From contig OY762721.1 in NCBI GenBank assembly GCA_963666345.1, positions 1,408,001 through 1,472,000 on the forward strand: a stretch of 64,000 bases of DNA, given 5' to 3'. Each line of letters begins with the position of its first letter. The first letter of the stretch is position 1. Shown piece by piece: positions 1 through 9,140 of this stretch. The notes below the pieces were generated by a model. That model was not told the origin of the DNA. It ran no database searches and saw only the letters and a list, made by a program, of their open reading frames with translations. Position numbers and translations under genes: made by a program. Origin of the DNA: Desulfatiglandales bacterium. Lineage in GTDB: Bacteria; Desulfobacterota; DSM-4660; Desulfatiglandales; Desulfatiglandaceae.

Positions 1-885
1 CTCAGCCATTATCTCCCCTGCCTCCAGTTTGAAAGCCGCATTAATCTCCCTTTCCCTTTCCAGTTCCTTTGACAGGCGTCTATTCTTTTCTCCGAGAGAA
101 TCGATTCTGCTCCGGCTGGATATTGATAACTTTTTCATACCCTCCATTCTCCTTTTCAGCCTCTGGTTCTCCCTTTCAAGGTCCTCCGCCTTTCGCACGG
201 CTTCAGAGCCTGCGACCAGTTCTTTTAATCTGCCATTTTCTTCCCTTATGCCAGCCAGGTTGGATTCAAGATCCCTCATCAGGCGTGCAGACTTCTCAGC
301 CTCTCTTCTAAACACCCGTCCGGCCCTGCTTGATGTCTTCAGATCACCGCGCAGGGATGCTATTTCCTCGTTCTTCTCGCTGATGTTCCTCTTCAACCTC
401 ATGTACTGTTCGACTCCCCTGTGCATGGCCATGTGGATCATGCCGAAGATCTCGCTTCTATCCGTTTCAGGCATTACCCTCCTTGAAGCGGCGCTCCAGA
501 TAAGACCAGGGCTTCCCCCCGCCTCAAAAGCGGACCTCCAGTGCTCCATAAACTCCTTTATGCCAAGCTCAAACAGGGGCGCGAACTCATCTCCGTATTT
601 TCGGTTGAACAGATTGTCCATACGTCTTGAAAGGGCATTTTCCTTTTCCGAACTACCCACGAGGACCTCATGTATCTCAAAAGCGTTCTTTCTTTTTGTA
701 GAAACTCCCGATTTTTTAAGGAGCCTTTTCTGCTCGTCAAAGGTGAGACACATGCCGATCACGGGGCATTTCAGAAAATACGCAACCTCCCATATCCTCA
801 GAGGGGTACACCGATAGGCTTGTCCGGGATCAAGCAGGATTCTTGCCTTTGGGACCGCAATATCAAAGTTTGTCGTTTTCTGCAT
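1..885 (-). CDS. DUF2325-type domain-containing protein (3' end beyond window start)
   Basis: Not in the ORF track. ATG at 885 with AGGAG RBS at 894-898. Translates MQKTTNFDIAVPKARILLDPGQAYRCTPLRIWEVAYFLKCPVIGMCLTFDEQKRLL..., matching the IWE...CPVIGxCLT N-terminus of this family, followed by coiled coil. Confidence 0.7.
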   Translation of the reverse strand, partial: MQKTTNFDIAVPKARILLDPGQAYRCTPLRIWEVAYFLKCPVIGMCLTFDEQKRLLKKSGVSTKRKNAFEIHEVLVGSSEKENALSRRMDNLFNRKYGDEFAPLFELGIKEFMEHWRSAFEAGGSPGLIWSAASRRVMPETDRSEIFGMIHMAMHRGVEQYMRLKRNISEKNEEIASLRGDLKTSSRAGRVFRREAEKSARLMRDLESNLAGIREENGRLKELVAGSEAVRKAEDLERENQRLKRRMEGMKKLSISSRSRIDSLGEKNRRLSKELEREREINAAFKLEAGEIMAE

Positions 886-1044
886 AGGTTCTTCTCCTCG
901 TTTTTTCCGACGTTTAAAGTGGCCCGCCTCCGTCAAATAAAAAAGGCGCAACCCGATCAGTGCCTGACCCTGAGTTCCGCCTTCACTTCTCACGCGCCGT
1001 TTAAAGGCCGCGAATCGTAAGACATTCCTAAAAACTTATTTTTC

Positions 1045-1470
1045 CTATTCCGAGTCTATCAGTACCTGAGTAAGGTTCTTGCGCAATTGTTCAAGCCTCT
1101 TGGACTTGAAGGCCTTCCTGCTTTCCTCAAGCACATCGATTGCCTCTTTTATGGCGTCCCTTAACCTGTTCTCCCTTCCCCTTGACGGGCAAAAAGAAAG
1201 GAGAGAATCAACGCTTTTTTTATCCAGATTCTTCTCAAGTATTGATGCCATCAGGCAGCGATGCGTCTCAAGGCCCTGGTACAGCTCGGAGACGCTCCTG
1301 TTGATCGCCTCTACGACCTGATTTCTTTCGCCTGTGGATTCATCCGGCCTTATATGACGCTGCAAAAAACCATGAGACCTGCCTCTTTCACACCTTCGCC
1401 TTCGGATGGTCACCCCCTGCACGGCTGATCCCTGGTTTATTTTCTTGTTTTCCATCTCAGACTCTTCCAC
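1045..1470 (-). CDS. hypothetical protein, probably co-transcribed with the DUF2325 gene
   Basis: 141-aa ORF with helical C-terminus (AIDVLEESRKAFKSKRLEQLRKNL); same strand as the downstream gene; true start may be the ATG at 1455. Confidence 0.6.
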   Translation of the reverse strand: MEESEMENKKINQGSAVQGVTIRRRRCERGRSHGFLQRHIRPDESTGERNQVVEAINRSVSELYQGLETHRCLMASILEKNLDKKSVDSLLSFCPSRGRENRLRDAIKEAIDVLEESRKAFKSKRLEQLRKNLTQVLIDSE

Positions 1471-1513
1471 TAAATTTCAGAAAAATCACTCAAATTCGAA
1501 TCGCACAACAATG

Positions 1514-1554
1514 TTAGATGGATCTAATCTTATCCATGACAACATTTCTGTCAA
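1514..1554 (-). promoter_or_regulatory. sigma70-like promoter with overlapping TTAG-N6-CTAA palindrome (possible DtxR-family metal box)
   Basis: TTGACA (1554-1549), TAAGAT (1532-1527), palindrome TTAGATGGATCTAA at 1514-1527. Confidence 0.45.
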
Positions 1555-1586
1555 GCACTTTTTTTAAAAAACTTTTCTCCTTTCAT

Positions 1587-1632
1587 AAAAAAGGCCCTCA
1601 TCCCCCGAATAGCAGAAGGTGAAGGCCTTTTC
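1587..1632 (-). terminator. intrinsic terminator downstream of the amt fragment
   Basis: AAAAGGCCTTCACC...GATGAGGGCCTTTTT hairpin plus T-tract on the minus strand. Confidence 0.65.
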
Positions 1633-1652
1633 CCTGTCGTCCTTAATGCTTA

Positions 1653-1826
1653 TTACTGCTGCGCGTAAGTGGATATCTCAAAGTCGGGATATGCGCTTCC
1701 GCCATGCTCACCCAGATCAAGCCCTTCGGCCTCTTCTTGAGCGCCTGCCCTGAGGCCTATCGTCTTATCGATCACCTTGAACAGGATAAAGGCGGTTGAA
1801 AAGGTCCATACAAAGCATCCAATGCC
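1653..1826 (-). pseudogene. amtB: 3' fragment of an ammonium transporter (Amt family)
   Basis: Minus frame reads GIGCFVWTFSTAFILFKVIDKTIGLRAGAQEEAEGLDLGEHGGSAYPDFEISTYAQQ*, i.e. the last TM helix plus the conserved LR...EE.EGLD..EH...AY Amt C-terminal motif; the 5' part is absent. Confidence 0.85.
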
Positions 1827-2208
1827 CGACAAGCTATATGATTCCCTTATGTGGTGGTGGAATAACAGAACTATTAAAGACAGCCCTTATGTTTTTCCTA
1901 ATGATTATCCTTGCGCTTCCTATGGAAGGCATTTTACTCAAAGGAGAAGATTTCTGAAGGGGTTATGTGAAAGGGCAGGGGTCAAATATTTTAGTTACCA
2001 CGGATTAAGAAGATTTTTTGGGTCAAGGCTGAAGGATATGGGCAAGTCGACCAAGCTTATTCAGGAGATGTTTGACCATGCCAGTTTAAGGACAACAGAG
2101 ATATACATTCAGAACATAGATAATGACTTGAAGGGGATTGCTGACGGCATCTTGGAAAACACGAGTACACATTTTAGTACACGTAAAATAAAAGGAGTTA
2201 GCCCTTAA
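1819..2208 (+). pseudogene. C-terminal fragment of a tyrosine recombinase/phage integrase
   Basis: SPYVFP, YHGLRR (HxLR box) and HASLRTTEIY (catalytic Tyr) are present; N-terminal two-thirds missing. The first codons of ORF 1777 are antisense amt sequence. Confidence 0.8.
2164..2182. repeat. AGTACAC direct repeat, probable integrase arm-type site of the left remnant element
   Basis: agtacac-atttt-agtacac, about 50 bp from the tRNA fragment 3' end. Confidence 0.45.
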
Positions 2209-2223
2209 ATCAGCTAACCCCTT
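2190..2223 (-). terminator. hairpin terminator after the tRNA-Glu fragment
   Basis: AAGGGGTTAGC...GCTAACTCCTTTT on the minus strand. Confidence 0.65.
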
Positions 2224-2232
2224 GAAATTACT

Positions 2233-2280
2233 TGGCGTCCCCAACCGGATTCGAACCGGTGTTGCCGGCGTGAAAGGCCG
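2233..2280 (-). tRNA. tRNA-Glu(TTC) 3' half only (att site, not a complete tRNA)
   Basis: Reverse complement CGGC-CTTTCAC-GCCGG CAAC ACCGGTTCGAATCCGGT TGGGGAC G CCA gives anticodon loop, T arm, acceptor 3' strand and CCA; no D arm or acceptor 5' strand. Confidence 0.9.
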
Positions 2281-2352
2281 TATTTTTTATATTACCTTTA
2301 TTTACCTCCTGGTCTCTAGTTGTCCTTAATATATTGAAAATACATATAATAG

Positions 2353-2381
2353 TTGACAAAATTTTTTTCTTGGCTTACCAT
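2353..2381 (+). promoter_or_regulatory. sigma70-like promoter of integrase A
   Basis: TTGACA-17 bp-TACCAT, about 70 bp before the ATG. Confidence 0.6.
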
Positions 2382-2405
2382 TTTGTACCTTGATTTTCAT
2401 GTTGG

Positions 2406-2428
2406 GTGTGGGGGATAGTGTGGGGGAT
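2406..2428. repeat. GTGTGGGGGAT tandem repeat, probable arm-type site for integrase A
   Basis: gtgtgggggat-a-gtgtgggggat; a 17-bp reverse-complement match lies at 35173-35189. Confidence 0.65.
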
Positions 2429-2448
2429 GAAATTGGGGGGGCTTCCAT

Positions 2449-3612
2449 ATGCCTAAGCAAAAGCGGTATAAAACAAAATATCCGGGGGTTTATTATCTAG
2501 ACGGAACATCAATTAAAGGTAAACCTGAACGTGTCTACTATATCCGTTACCGTAAAAACGGTAAACTAGTTGAGGAACCCGCTGGACGACAATCAAAAGA
2601 TGATATGACCCCAGCAAAGGCCAATAACATAAGATCAGAAAGAATCAAAGGGCACAGGAAATCAAACCGTGAAAAACGAGAAGCACTACTGGCCGAAAAA
2701 ATTGCTAAAGACAAAAAATGGACAATTGACCGACTGTGGAACTCTTACAAAAGTATCCGGATCCCTGGCAAATCATTGAACACTGATAAAGGCCGATATG
2801 ATAAATACCTTAAAGAAAAATTTGGGAAAAGAGCTCCAGAGGAGCTGAATCCCCTAGACGTAGACCGTCTGAGAATAAGTCTATTAAAGAAATTGGCACC
2901 ACAGACCGTGAAGCACGTGTTGAATCTTTTGACTTGGATAATTAACTACGGAGTCAAAAATGGTCTTTGCAAAGGCATACCATTCCATATAAAAAAGCCC
3001 ACTGTGGATAACGTAAAAACTGAGTACCTGACAGAAAAACAGACAAAATCCCTTCTAGCGGCCATTGAGAAAGACTCCAATACTCAAGTGGCAAATTTGA
3101 TGAAATTAGCCCTTTTTACGGGCATGAGACGTGGCGAGCTACTAAATCTGCGGTGGAAAGACATTGATTTTGATCGAGGCTTTATCACACTCAAAGATAC
3201 AAAGGGTGGAAAAGATCAAACAATCCCCATGAATGATACTACAAGACATATTTTGGATTCTCATCCGAAGGGGGACGGGGTTTATGTTTTTCCAGGGAGA
3301 TCGGGCGGAAAACGCGCTACAGTTGATGTGGCTGTCAATAAGATAAAGAAAGCTGCGGGTCTTCCCAAGGACTTCAGGCCCCTTCATGGCCTCAGACATG
3401 CTTATGCCAGTATGCTGGCTTCTAGCGGCAAAGTGGATATGTACACCCTTCAAAGGCTCTTAACTCATAAGGATCCTCGTATGACCCAAAGGTATGCTTT
3501 CCTTCGCGATGAGGCTTTAAAGAGGGCCTCCGGCTTGGCCGGGGATATAATTAACAACATGATCAAGGAAAATGATAAGAAGGTCTCTGATTTGAAAAAA
3601 GTGAGTACTTGA
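2449..3612 (+). CDS. tyrosine recombinase/integrase A
   Basis: TGMRRGEL, HGLRHAYAS and LTHKDPRMTQRY catalytic boxes; adjacent to the tRNA att fragment. Confidence 0.95.
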   Translation: MPKQKRYKTKYPGVYYLDGTSIKGKPERVYYIRYRKNGKLVEEPAGRQSKDDMTPAKANNIRSERIKGHRKSNREKREALLAEKIAKDKKWTIDRLWNSYKSIRIPGKSLNTDKGRYDKYLKEKFGKRAPEELNPLDVDRLRISLLKKLAPQTVKHVLNLLTWIINYGVKNGLCKGIPFHIKKPTVDNVKTEYLTEKQTKSLLAAIEKDSNTQVANLMKLALFTGMRRGELLNLRWKDIDFDRGFITLKDTKGGKDQTIPMNDTTRHILDSHPKGDGVYVFPGRSGGKRATVDVAVNKIKKAAGLPKDFRPLHGLRHAYASMLASSGKVDMYTLQRLLTHKDPRMTQRYAFLRDEALKRASGLAGDIINNMIKENDKKVSDLKKVST

Positions 3613-3803
3613 AGCAGCCTTAAGCAAAATAGAAGTCACTCATTTAATGAAGTTTATCTTTAAGCCTTATCTCGTAGCATTTATGTGTGTTACACCCAAC
3701 TGTTCTTGATCCTCCGACACCCTGCTCCCAAAGCTAGTAAATATAAATATTTATGATCCCTATACCCGTGACTGGCGGTGTGATTTCTAAAAAATGTCTT
3801 TCA

Positions 3804-6800
3804 TTACATATTTGGTTTTCGATCTTCAAAAGATTTTATTTTAATTTGTGAGTAAGGTTGAAAATGCATTGATTTTATTAAAGCGATTCCACTTTCCTGA
3901 CACATAATTATATCTTTAACGCTTTTTTGTTCCTTTTTGTTCGTAGTAAATTGCTTTGCGATTACACCGGCGTCAGCCTCTTCCAATGCGAGAACAATTT
4001 GGGTTCCAGCATTGGCAAAAATCGAGGGATGAAAATCCCTGGTTTCCTGTGAAGAGAGAATGAGCCCCATTCCGTATTTTCTGGCTTCTTTTACCAGGTC
4101 CGTGATCTTGGGATCATTGCAGAGTTTATGAGCCTCATCGATACAGACCATGACCCGCAGGTCCTTGGACATACCCTGAATGAGCATAGAAGAATAGATT
4201 TTTTCGAGCAGGAACCTGGATGCCGCCAACATCAGATCCTTAATCCCTGCGGTAAGCAGAATAACGGTGGTTTTCGTGAAAATGTCCTCAAAGCTGTATT
4301 GCGCTCTTCCCTGTTCAAATATCCCGCTTTCAAAAAGAGGCTGAAGCCGCACCTGGAGGTTACGAATCTGCCCGCCGGTTTCTTTTGACCAGCGATCCAA
4401 GATTTCCGAGAGCATCTCCAAGGTAGGGGGATTGCGATCATCTGGGGCCGGTTGATTCATCTCAAAGCCGGCATGCACATAGCACTCCTTTATTGCTTCG
4501 CGCAGTTTGCCAAGTTGGATATCTCCTGATCCGGAAAAGACTGAATTTAGCGTATCGGCAAGTCGGAACATCATTTCAACAGGCCTGCGCTTTTTTCCTG
4601 TTCTGGGATCGACGGGTATTTCAAAAGGATTGATGGGGAGCCCATCCATGACATCAAAAATCTGTGGCTTTACGGATTCATGAAAGTCCTCGGAGGCGTA
4701 TTCGCCTTGGAAATCGAGGATTATGGAGGGCACTTCTTGCCGATTCAGTTCGAAAAGCATGCTCTTCGTAGTTTCTGATTTTCCCGCACCGCTTTTGCCT
4801 ACAATCAAAAGGTGTTGATTGAGGAGGCGCTTGGGCTTTGTGGTTTTTGGGTCCCAATAGGCTTCTTTTCTTGAGGTGGTATCCACCCCAAGATAGACTT
4901 TTATCTCATCGTGTTTTTCCGGAATTTGTTCCGCCTTCTGTCTTGATGAAGCTTTCGTGGGTGGTGTGTCCTCAACTGGTTGGATTACTTCGTCTGGTAG
5001 CGGTTCCGGGACAGGAGACACCTGTGGTTGCTCTTCGGGGGGCTGATCTGTTGTTCCCGTCACTTCTTCGCCTGGTGTCTCTTCCCCTTCTGGTGACTCG
5101 GGACGCGATACTTTCTCAGATTTTTCCACTGATTCAGGCACTGGGGCAGAGGGAGAGGGCTCTTCCGTTCCGCCATTCGGTTCATCCGGTTCATCAAACC
5201 CATTATCCTCATCTATTGGAACATCCAGAAGGCTGGAAATAGCCCCACGTCCAAAAATCTTGATAATGTTCCCGTGAACCTCTTTTTCATCGATTTGCCC
5301 CCAGCTCGCACCATTGAAGATGTATCCTTCATGCCGGAATTGCACTTCACACGAGCCTGCGGCCGCAGCTTCAAGACCTTTCATGAATCCTGTAATGAGG
5401 TCTGTTTGCTGTTCCTCGGTTAGGTCCATCATAAATAGGCCATATCGGTGTGCACGCTCAAAATAGAAGAGGAGTATATTGGCCCATTCCTTGTTTTTAA
5501 TGGTGGCATCAAAACGAGCATTTCCGCCTCCCAAGTAATGATGCCGGAAATGCTGTTCCGTGCTCTTGTTTTTGTCCCGGATTTCTTCCTGCAATTGGTA
5601 AATCTGGGCCGGGCTAGAAGCTTTTCGATTCTTAACCTCGATGAGATCAACCTCAATCCTTCGGTCATTAAGTTTTACGAGCATCAGGTCGGTACGCTTG
5701 AGGGAAAGTTCTGAATTTTCCAATTCTTTCGGGGTCTGGTAAAAAAGCTCAATATGGCTGTCCACTGGAATGAGGACACGACCAGAAAGCCTTCCTTCAC
5801 GCTCCAGAGACAGGCGTGTTAGAGCCAGGCCAATCACTTCCTGGGCTTGGCTGGGGTTGTTGATGAGTTTCAATGCCAGTTTGCCGGAAACGGATTTGAG
5901 CATCTGGAGGACATAAGCTACCTTGGCTGTATCTATTACTTCGCCCACTGAGTCAGGGTCGTCTACAAGCAGGTCAATGAAGCCGGCCCTTAGGATGCTC
6001 TCAATTTCATGCTGGTGGAATGTGGAAATGACAAGCCTGTGGGCAACGGCATCCAAAAACTCCGGGGAATAATCAATCAAGTAACCGCTGTTTCCTGCAC
6101 CCGGTCCCTTGATAGGATCATCATAAAATTCTATTCCGAAATTCCGGTCAATAGTGAAAACCCAGTCAGAAGCTTGATGCACCTTGTCTAGCATACGCAG
6201 GTGGTTTTTTCCGTGCTCGTCGGTGAGCTCCAATTGAACAGTGATATATTTGTTCAAGGAGTTGGACCAGTCAAAAAAGCAGGCCGAAAAATGCGCCGCA
6301 AAATCCTGCCCTTGAAAGAGGCGAGCCGTATTCCCATCCGAAGCCAGGTCAGCGCAAGAGTTTGGAGCTATCATGCGGGACCAAGTTGCGGTGGTAGCTC
6401 CAGCATTATAGTCCGTCACATATTCGGTCAGCAAGTTGTTGAGAAAGGAACTGCCTCTGCTTCCCGTATGCTCGCGAGTGGAAACGGTGGTGCCGAAAAA
6501 GTCTATGACAAAGGTCAGGTGCGATTCGAACCTTCCCTCCTGGTCATCCAAAAGCTCCTCAATGGCGTGTTTTGCGTAGATCAGTTTGGGAAACAGAGGG
6601 TTCTCATTGGGGCTGAGAAGCAGTTCCTCGGTTTCGGACAGTTTCCTGCCAAACGTCCAGTCCTCACTGCTTTTTTGCAGGATGAACTCATCTAGGGCAT
6701 TTCCAATGAGCTGGTGTCGGGTACCCCGGGGAGCGAAAAATTTGATATCGAAATTGAGATTCTTGTAGAGATCCTTTGCAAGAAGAAGCTTGACTGCTTC

Positions 6801-9137
6801 AAGGATGAGGCCGCCATCTCCCGGGTTCACCACGTTCAATTTCATCGTCTGGACATAGGGATGATGGCAGAGGTAGCGCTCCATCTTATCGGCGATCTGC
6901 CGGGGTGTAACCGTTGATATGATGCCGTTTGCGGTCCCGGCCCCAAGAACCTGCATGGCTGCGTTCACAGCGGTGCGGAGATCCGGAGATTCCGAGTTGG
7001 GGTAGAACCCCCAAAAAAGCCCAAAATTGTCCGTGTTGACATAGGCTTCGGATTTTTTGGGGGAGATTGCGCTTGGGATATTCAGGGATGTCAATTTGTC
7101 CAATACATCTTCTTCTATGCACTGTTTGATTTCAGTGGGATTGAGCCCCTTCATCCGCCCGATCCACCCCCGAACCAATGTCTGATATTGAAAAAGCCAT
7201 AAGACCCGAAGAGGATGCGTCGGGGCTAGCAGGAGTACCTTCATTGGGCTCTCGCTAGGGCCAACCCGCATCAGCATCGTGTCGATTCTGTTCAGAAGAG
7301 AATAATCGTGGAGCAAGGTGTTGATTGCGCTCATTCCTTGGGCCGATTCCACCCGTTCTTTGAGCGCTTCCATCAGCTCCAGATACTTATCGATGTACTC
7401 GATGACCTCTTCCTCGAGTTCGTGGAGATCAACGACCTCAATAACACCCCTGCCATCGGCTTTGTCCCGAACAGAGATGAAAAACTTCTCACGAGCCTGG
7501 TAAAAGGCATCGGTAAGTTGGTTGACAGCGCTGGAAAGCCCTACGGGCTTGAAATCGTCGGCCTTGGCGCTCCTTTGATTGACTAGGTTGGCGTCATAGA
7601 TACCCAGAGTATTGGGATTTTCCAGGATTTTTCTTTCAAGGTCACGCAATACCGGGTTCAGGATAAGGTCGCCCCTGCGGTTGTTTGTCAACCGCACGGC
7701 ATACACGTAATCCCGCTTCAAATCCCATCCTTGGCTCCTGATCCCATACTCCTTGCCGGTTTGGTACATGACGTTGAACGGCAATTCGTCCAGGTGGCGG
7801 ATGCGTTGCCCCCTTTCGGTGGGCTGATCTTCAAAATCCTCCCCCTTTTCAATCCAGAATTGTTCACTTTCATCATTGGCATCCTGGATGGGCATCCCTG
7901 ATTTGGAGAGGCATTGAATGCGGATAGTGGCAACGCATTTTTCATCATCATCTAGGTTGTTGTCCGATATTGACACGGAAAAGGATTTTCGCTTGGCAGG
8001 TACGTATTGAGGCGGAATGACATCCATCTCGCCTTGGTCTTGGGTTTGGCGGACAACTGTCACTAGGTATCTACCCAGGTCAGGTGCCTGTGGAGGGCTT
8101 ACCTTCCAACTGATTCGAATGGGTTTTTTCCCGTCGCTGGTGAGTTCCCCTCCCTTGAGTGTCAAACCGCTAGCCACCTTTTCAGGTTTTTTAGGGTCTT
8201 GAAGCGGTTTCAACTCAATCCGAACACCTGAAATGGGCTGGGCGAACTTCCATTCATCAAAAGAAAGATTGGCCCGAATGCTTTCCTCGTGGCAGATGGG
8301 CGGGAGCCATGTTTTGGTACGAAGCAAGTTCTTGTCCGCCAAATAGGCCATCAACTCCTTGTGCCTTTCTTCATCAGCAAGCTCAGCCTCTACAATTAGG
8401 CGATGCAAATTTTGTCCCAGGCTCTTTTCTCCCTCTGTGAGGATCTCCATGCAAAGGCTGTTACGGGCCAGTTGAACGGAATAGATGTCCTGGTTCAAAC
8501 CAAAATCAGGAACCAGGTCCATCTCATACAGATAGGCCCCCGCTGTTTCCCAGGTTACGGATTGCTGGCTTTGTTCCTTTTGCCCTAAGATGGCCAGAAT
8601 AAAACGCACACGGTTCTGTACCGGCCTTCTTCGGATATCCACGTGGTAGAGAATGGCCTTGAGGATTTCTGCCTCTTGAGAGGGCAGTAGGTTTACCATG
8701 CCAATGAGGTGTCGCTCCAGGCAATTGGCCGCATCAAAGCTCTCTTCGTCATCGGTTTTGAATGTAGCCACATTTAGGGAATCTTCCTCGGCCAAACGCA
8801 GGCCGGAGGGGAACAGGGCACAAAAAACCTTGATGATGTCATAGGTAGAATCCTCGCGCAGTTTCACAGCGCCACTGCCACTAACCTCCCATGGTTCCGG
8901 GGTCTCTGATTTATCGGTTACGACCCTGCAGACGATCTTCTGGTTCTTAAGTTCCTGATCCTCGGAAAGGCTTTTGCCCAGCCCTTCCATAACAGGTCGG
9001 GGAAGAAAATCTAGCCGCTGGCAATGGCCTTGACCCTTTTGCAACAGAAAGGTCTTTAAGGTTTCGTAAAGGGCTTTTACGTATTCCGAATGGAGAATCG
9101 CGTCGTCCAGTTTATAAAGCGAAATTGCCGTCGCCAT
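3804..9137 (-). CDS. DptH/MAD8-like large protein: PD-(D/E)XK-like nuclease motif plus C-terminal HerA/DUF87-type ATPase
   Basis: 1777 aa; Walker A GKSGAGKS, Walker B CIDEAH, KEARKYG and SSQ motifs; RTDLMLV...DLIEVK nuclease-like motif; acidic Pro-rich linker before the ATPase. Confidence 0.75.
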   Translation of the reverse strand: MATAISLYKLDDAILHSEYVKALYETLKTFLLQKGQGHCQRLDFLPRPVMEGLGKSLSEDQELKNQKIVCRVVTDKSETPEPWEVSGSGAVKLREDSTYDIIKVFCALFPSGLRLAEEDSLNVATFKTDDEESFDAANCLERHLIGMVNLLPSQEAEILKAILYHVDIRRRPVQNRVRFILAILGQKEQSQQSVTWETAGAYLYEMDLVPDFGLNQDIYSVQLARNSLCMEILTEGEKSLGQNLHRLIVEAELADEERHKELMAYLADKNLLRTKTWLPPICHEESIRANLSFDEWKFAQPISGVRIELKPLQDPKKPEKVASGLTLKGGELTSDGKKPIRISWKVSPPQAPDLGRYLVTVVRQTQDQGEMDVIPPQYVPAKRKSFSVSISDNNLDDDEKCVATIRIQCLSKSGMPIQDANDESEQFWIEKGEDFEDQPTERGQRIRHLDELPFNVMYQTGKEYGIRSQGWDLKRDYVYAVRLTNNRRGDLILNPVLRDLERKILENPNTLGIYDANLVNQRSAKADDFKPVGLSSAVNQLTDAFYQAREKFFISVRDKADGRGVIEVVDLHELEEEVIEYIDKYLELMEALKERVESAQGMSAINTLLHDYSLLNRIDTMLMRVGPSESPMKVLLLAPTHPLRVLWLFQYQTLVRGWIGRMKGLNPTEIKQCIEEDVLDKLTSLNIPSAISPKKSEAYVNTDNFGLFWGFYPNSESPDLRTAVNAAMQVLGAGTANGIISTVTPRQIADKMERYLCHHPYVQTMKLNVVNPGDGGLILEAVKLLLAKDLYKNLNFDIKFFAPRGTRHQLIGNALDEFILQKSSEDWTFGRKLSETEELLLSPNENPLFPKLIYAKHAIEELLDDQEGRFESHLTFVIDFFGTTVSTREHTGSRGSSFLNNLLTEYVTDYNAGATTATWSRMIAPNSCADLASDGNTARLFQGQDFAAHFSACFFDWSNSLNKYITVQLELTDEHGKNHLRMLDKVHQASDWVFTIDRNFGIEFYDDPIKGPGAGNSGYLIDYSPEFLDAVAHRLVISTFHQHEIESILRAGFIDLLVDDPDSVGEVIDTAKVAYVLQMLKSVSGKLALKLINNPSQAQEVIGLALTRLSLEREGRLSGRVLIPVDSHIELFYQTPKELENSELSLKRTDLMLVKLNDRRIEVDLIEVKNRKASSPAQIYQLQEEIRDKNKSTEQHFRHHYLGGGNARFDATIKNKEWANILLFYFERAHRYGLFMMDLTEEQQTDLITGFMKGLEAAAAGSCEVQFRHEGYIFNGASWGQIDEKEVHGNIIKIFGRGAISSLLDVPIDEDNGFDEPDEPNGGTEEPSPSAPVPESVEKSEKVSRPESPEGEETPGEEVTGTTDQPPEEQPQVSPVPEPLPDEVIQPVEDTPPTKASSRQKAEQIPEKHDEIKVYLGVDTTSRKEAYWDPKTTKPKRLLNQHLLIVGKSGAGKSETTKSMLFELNRQEVPSIILDFQGEYASEDFHESVKPQIFDVMDGLPINPFEIPVDPRTGKKRRPVEMMFRLADTLNSVFSGSGDIQLGKLREAIKECYVHAGFEMNQPAPDDRNPPTLEMLSEILDRWSKETGGQIRNLQVRLQPLFESGIFEQGRAQYSFEDIFTKTTVILLTAGIKDLMLAASRFLLEKIYSSMLIQGMSKDLRVMVCIDEAHKLCNDPKITDLVKEARKYGMGLILSSQETRDFHPSIFANAGTQIVLALEEADAGVIAKQFTTNKKEQKSVKDIIMCQESGIALIKSMHFQPYSQIKIKSFEDRKPNM

Positions 9138-9140
9138 GAA

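Noticed and set aside
29..817. 262-aa plus-strand ORF
   Set aside because: Antisense shadow of the minus-strand DUF2325-type gene, which has an RBS and a family motif
1777..2208. Intact 143-aa integrase-like CDS
   Set aside because: Its start lies in antisense amt sequence; it is a fragment created by the junction
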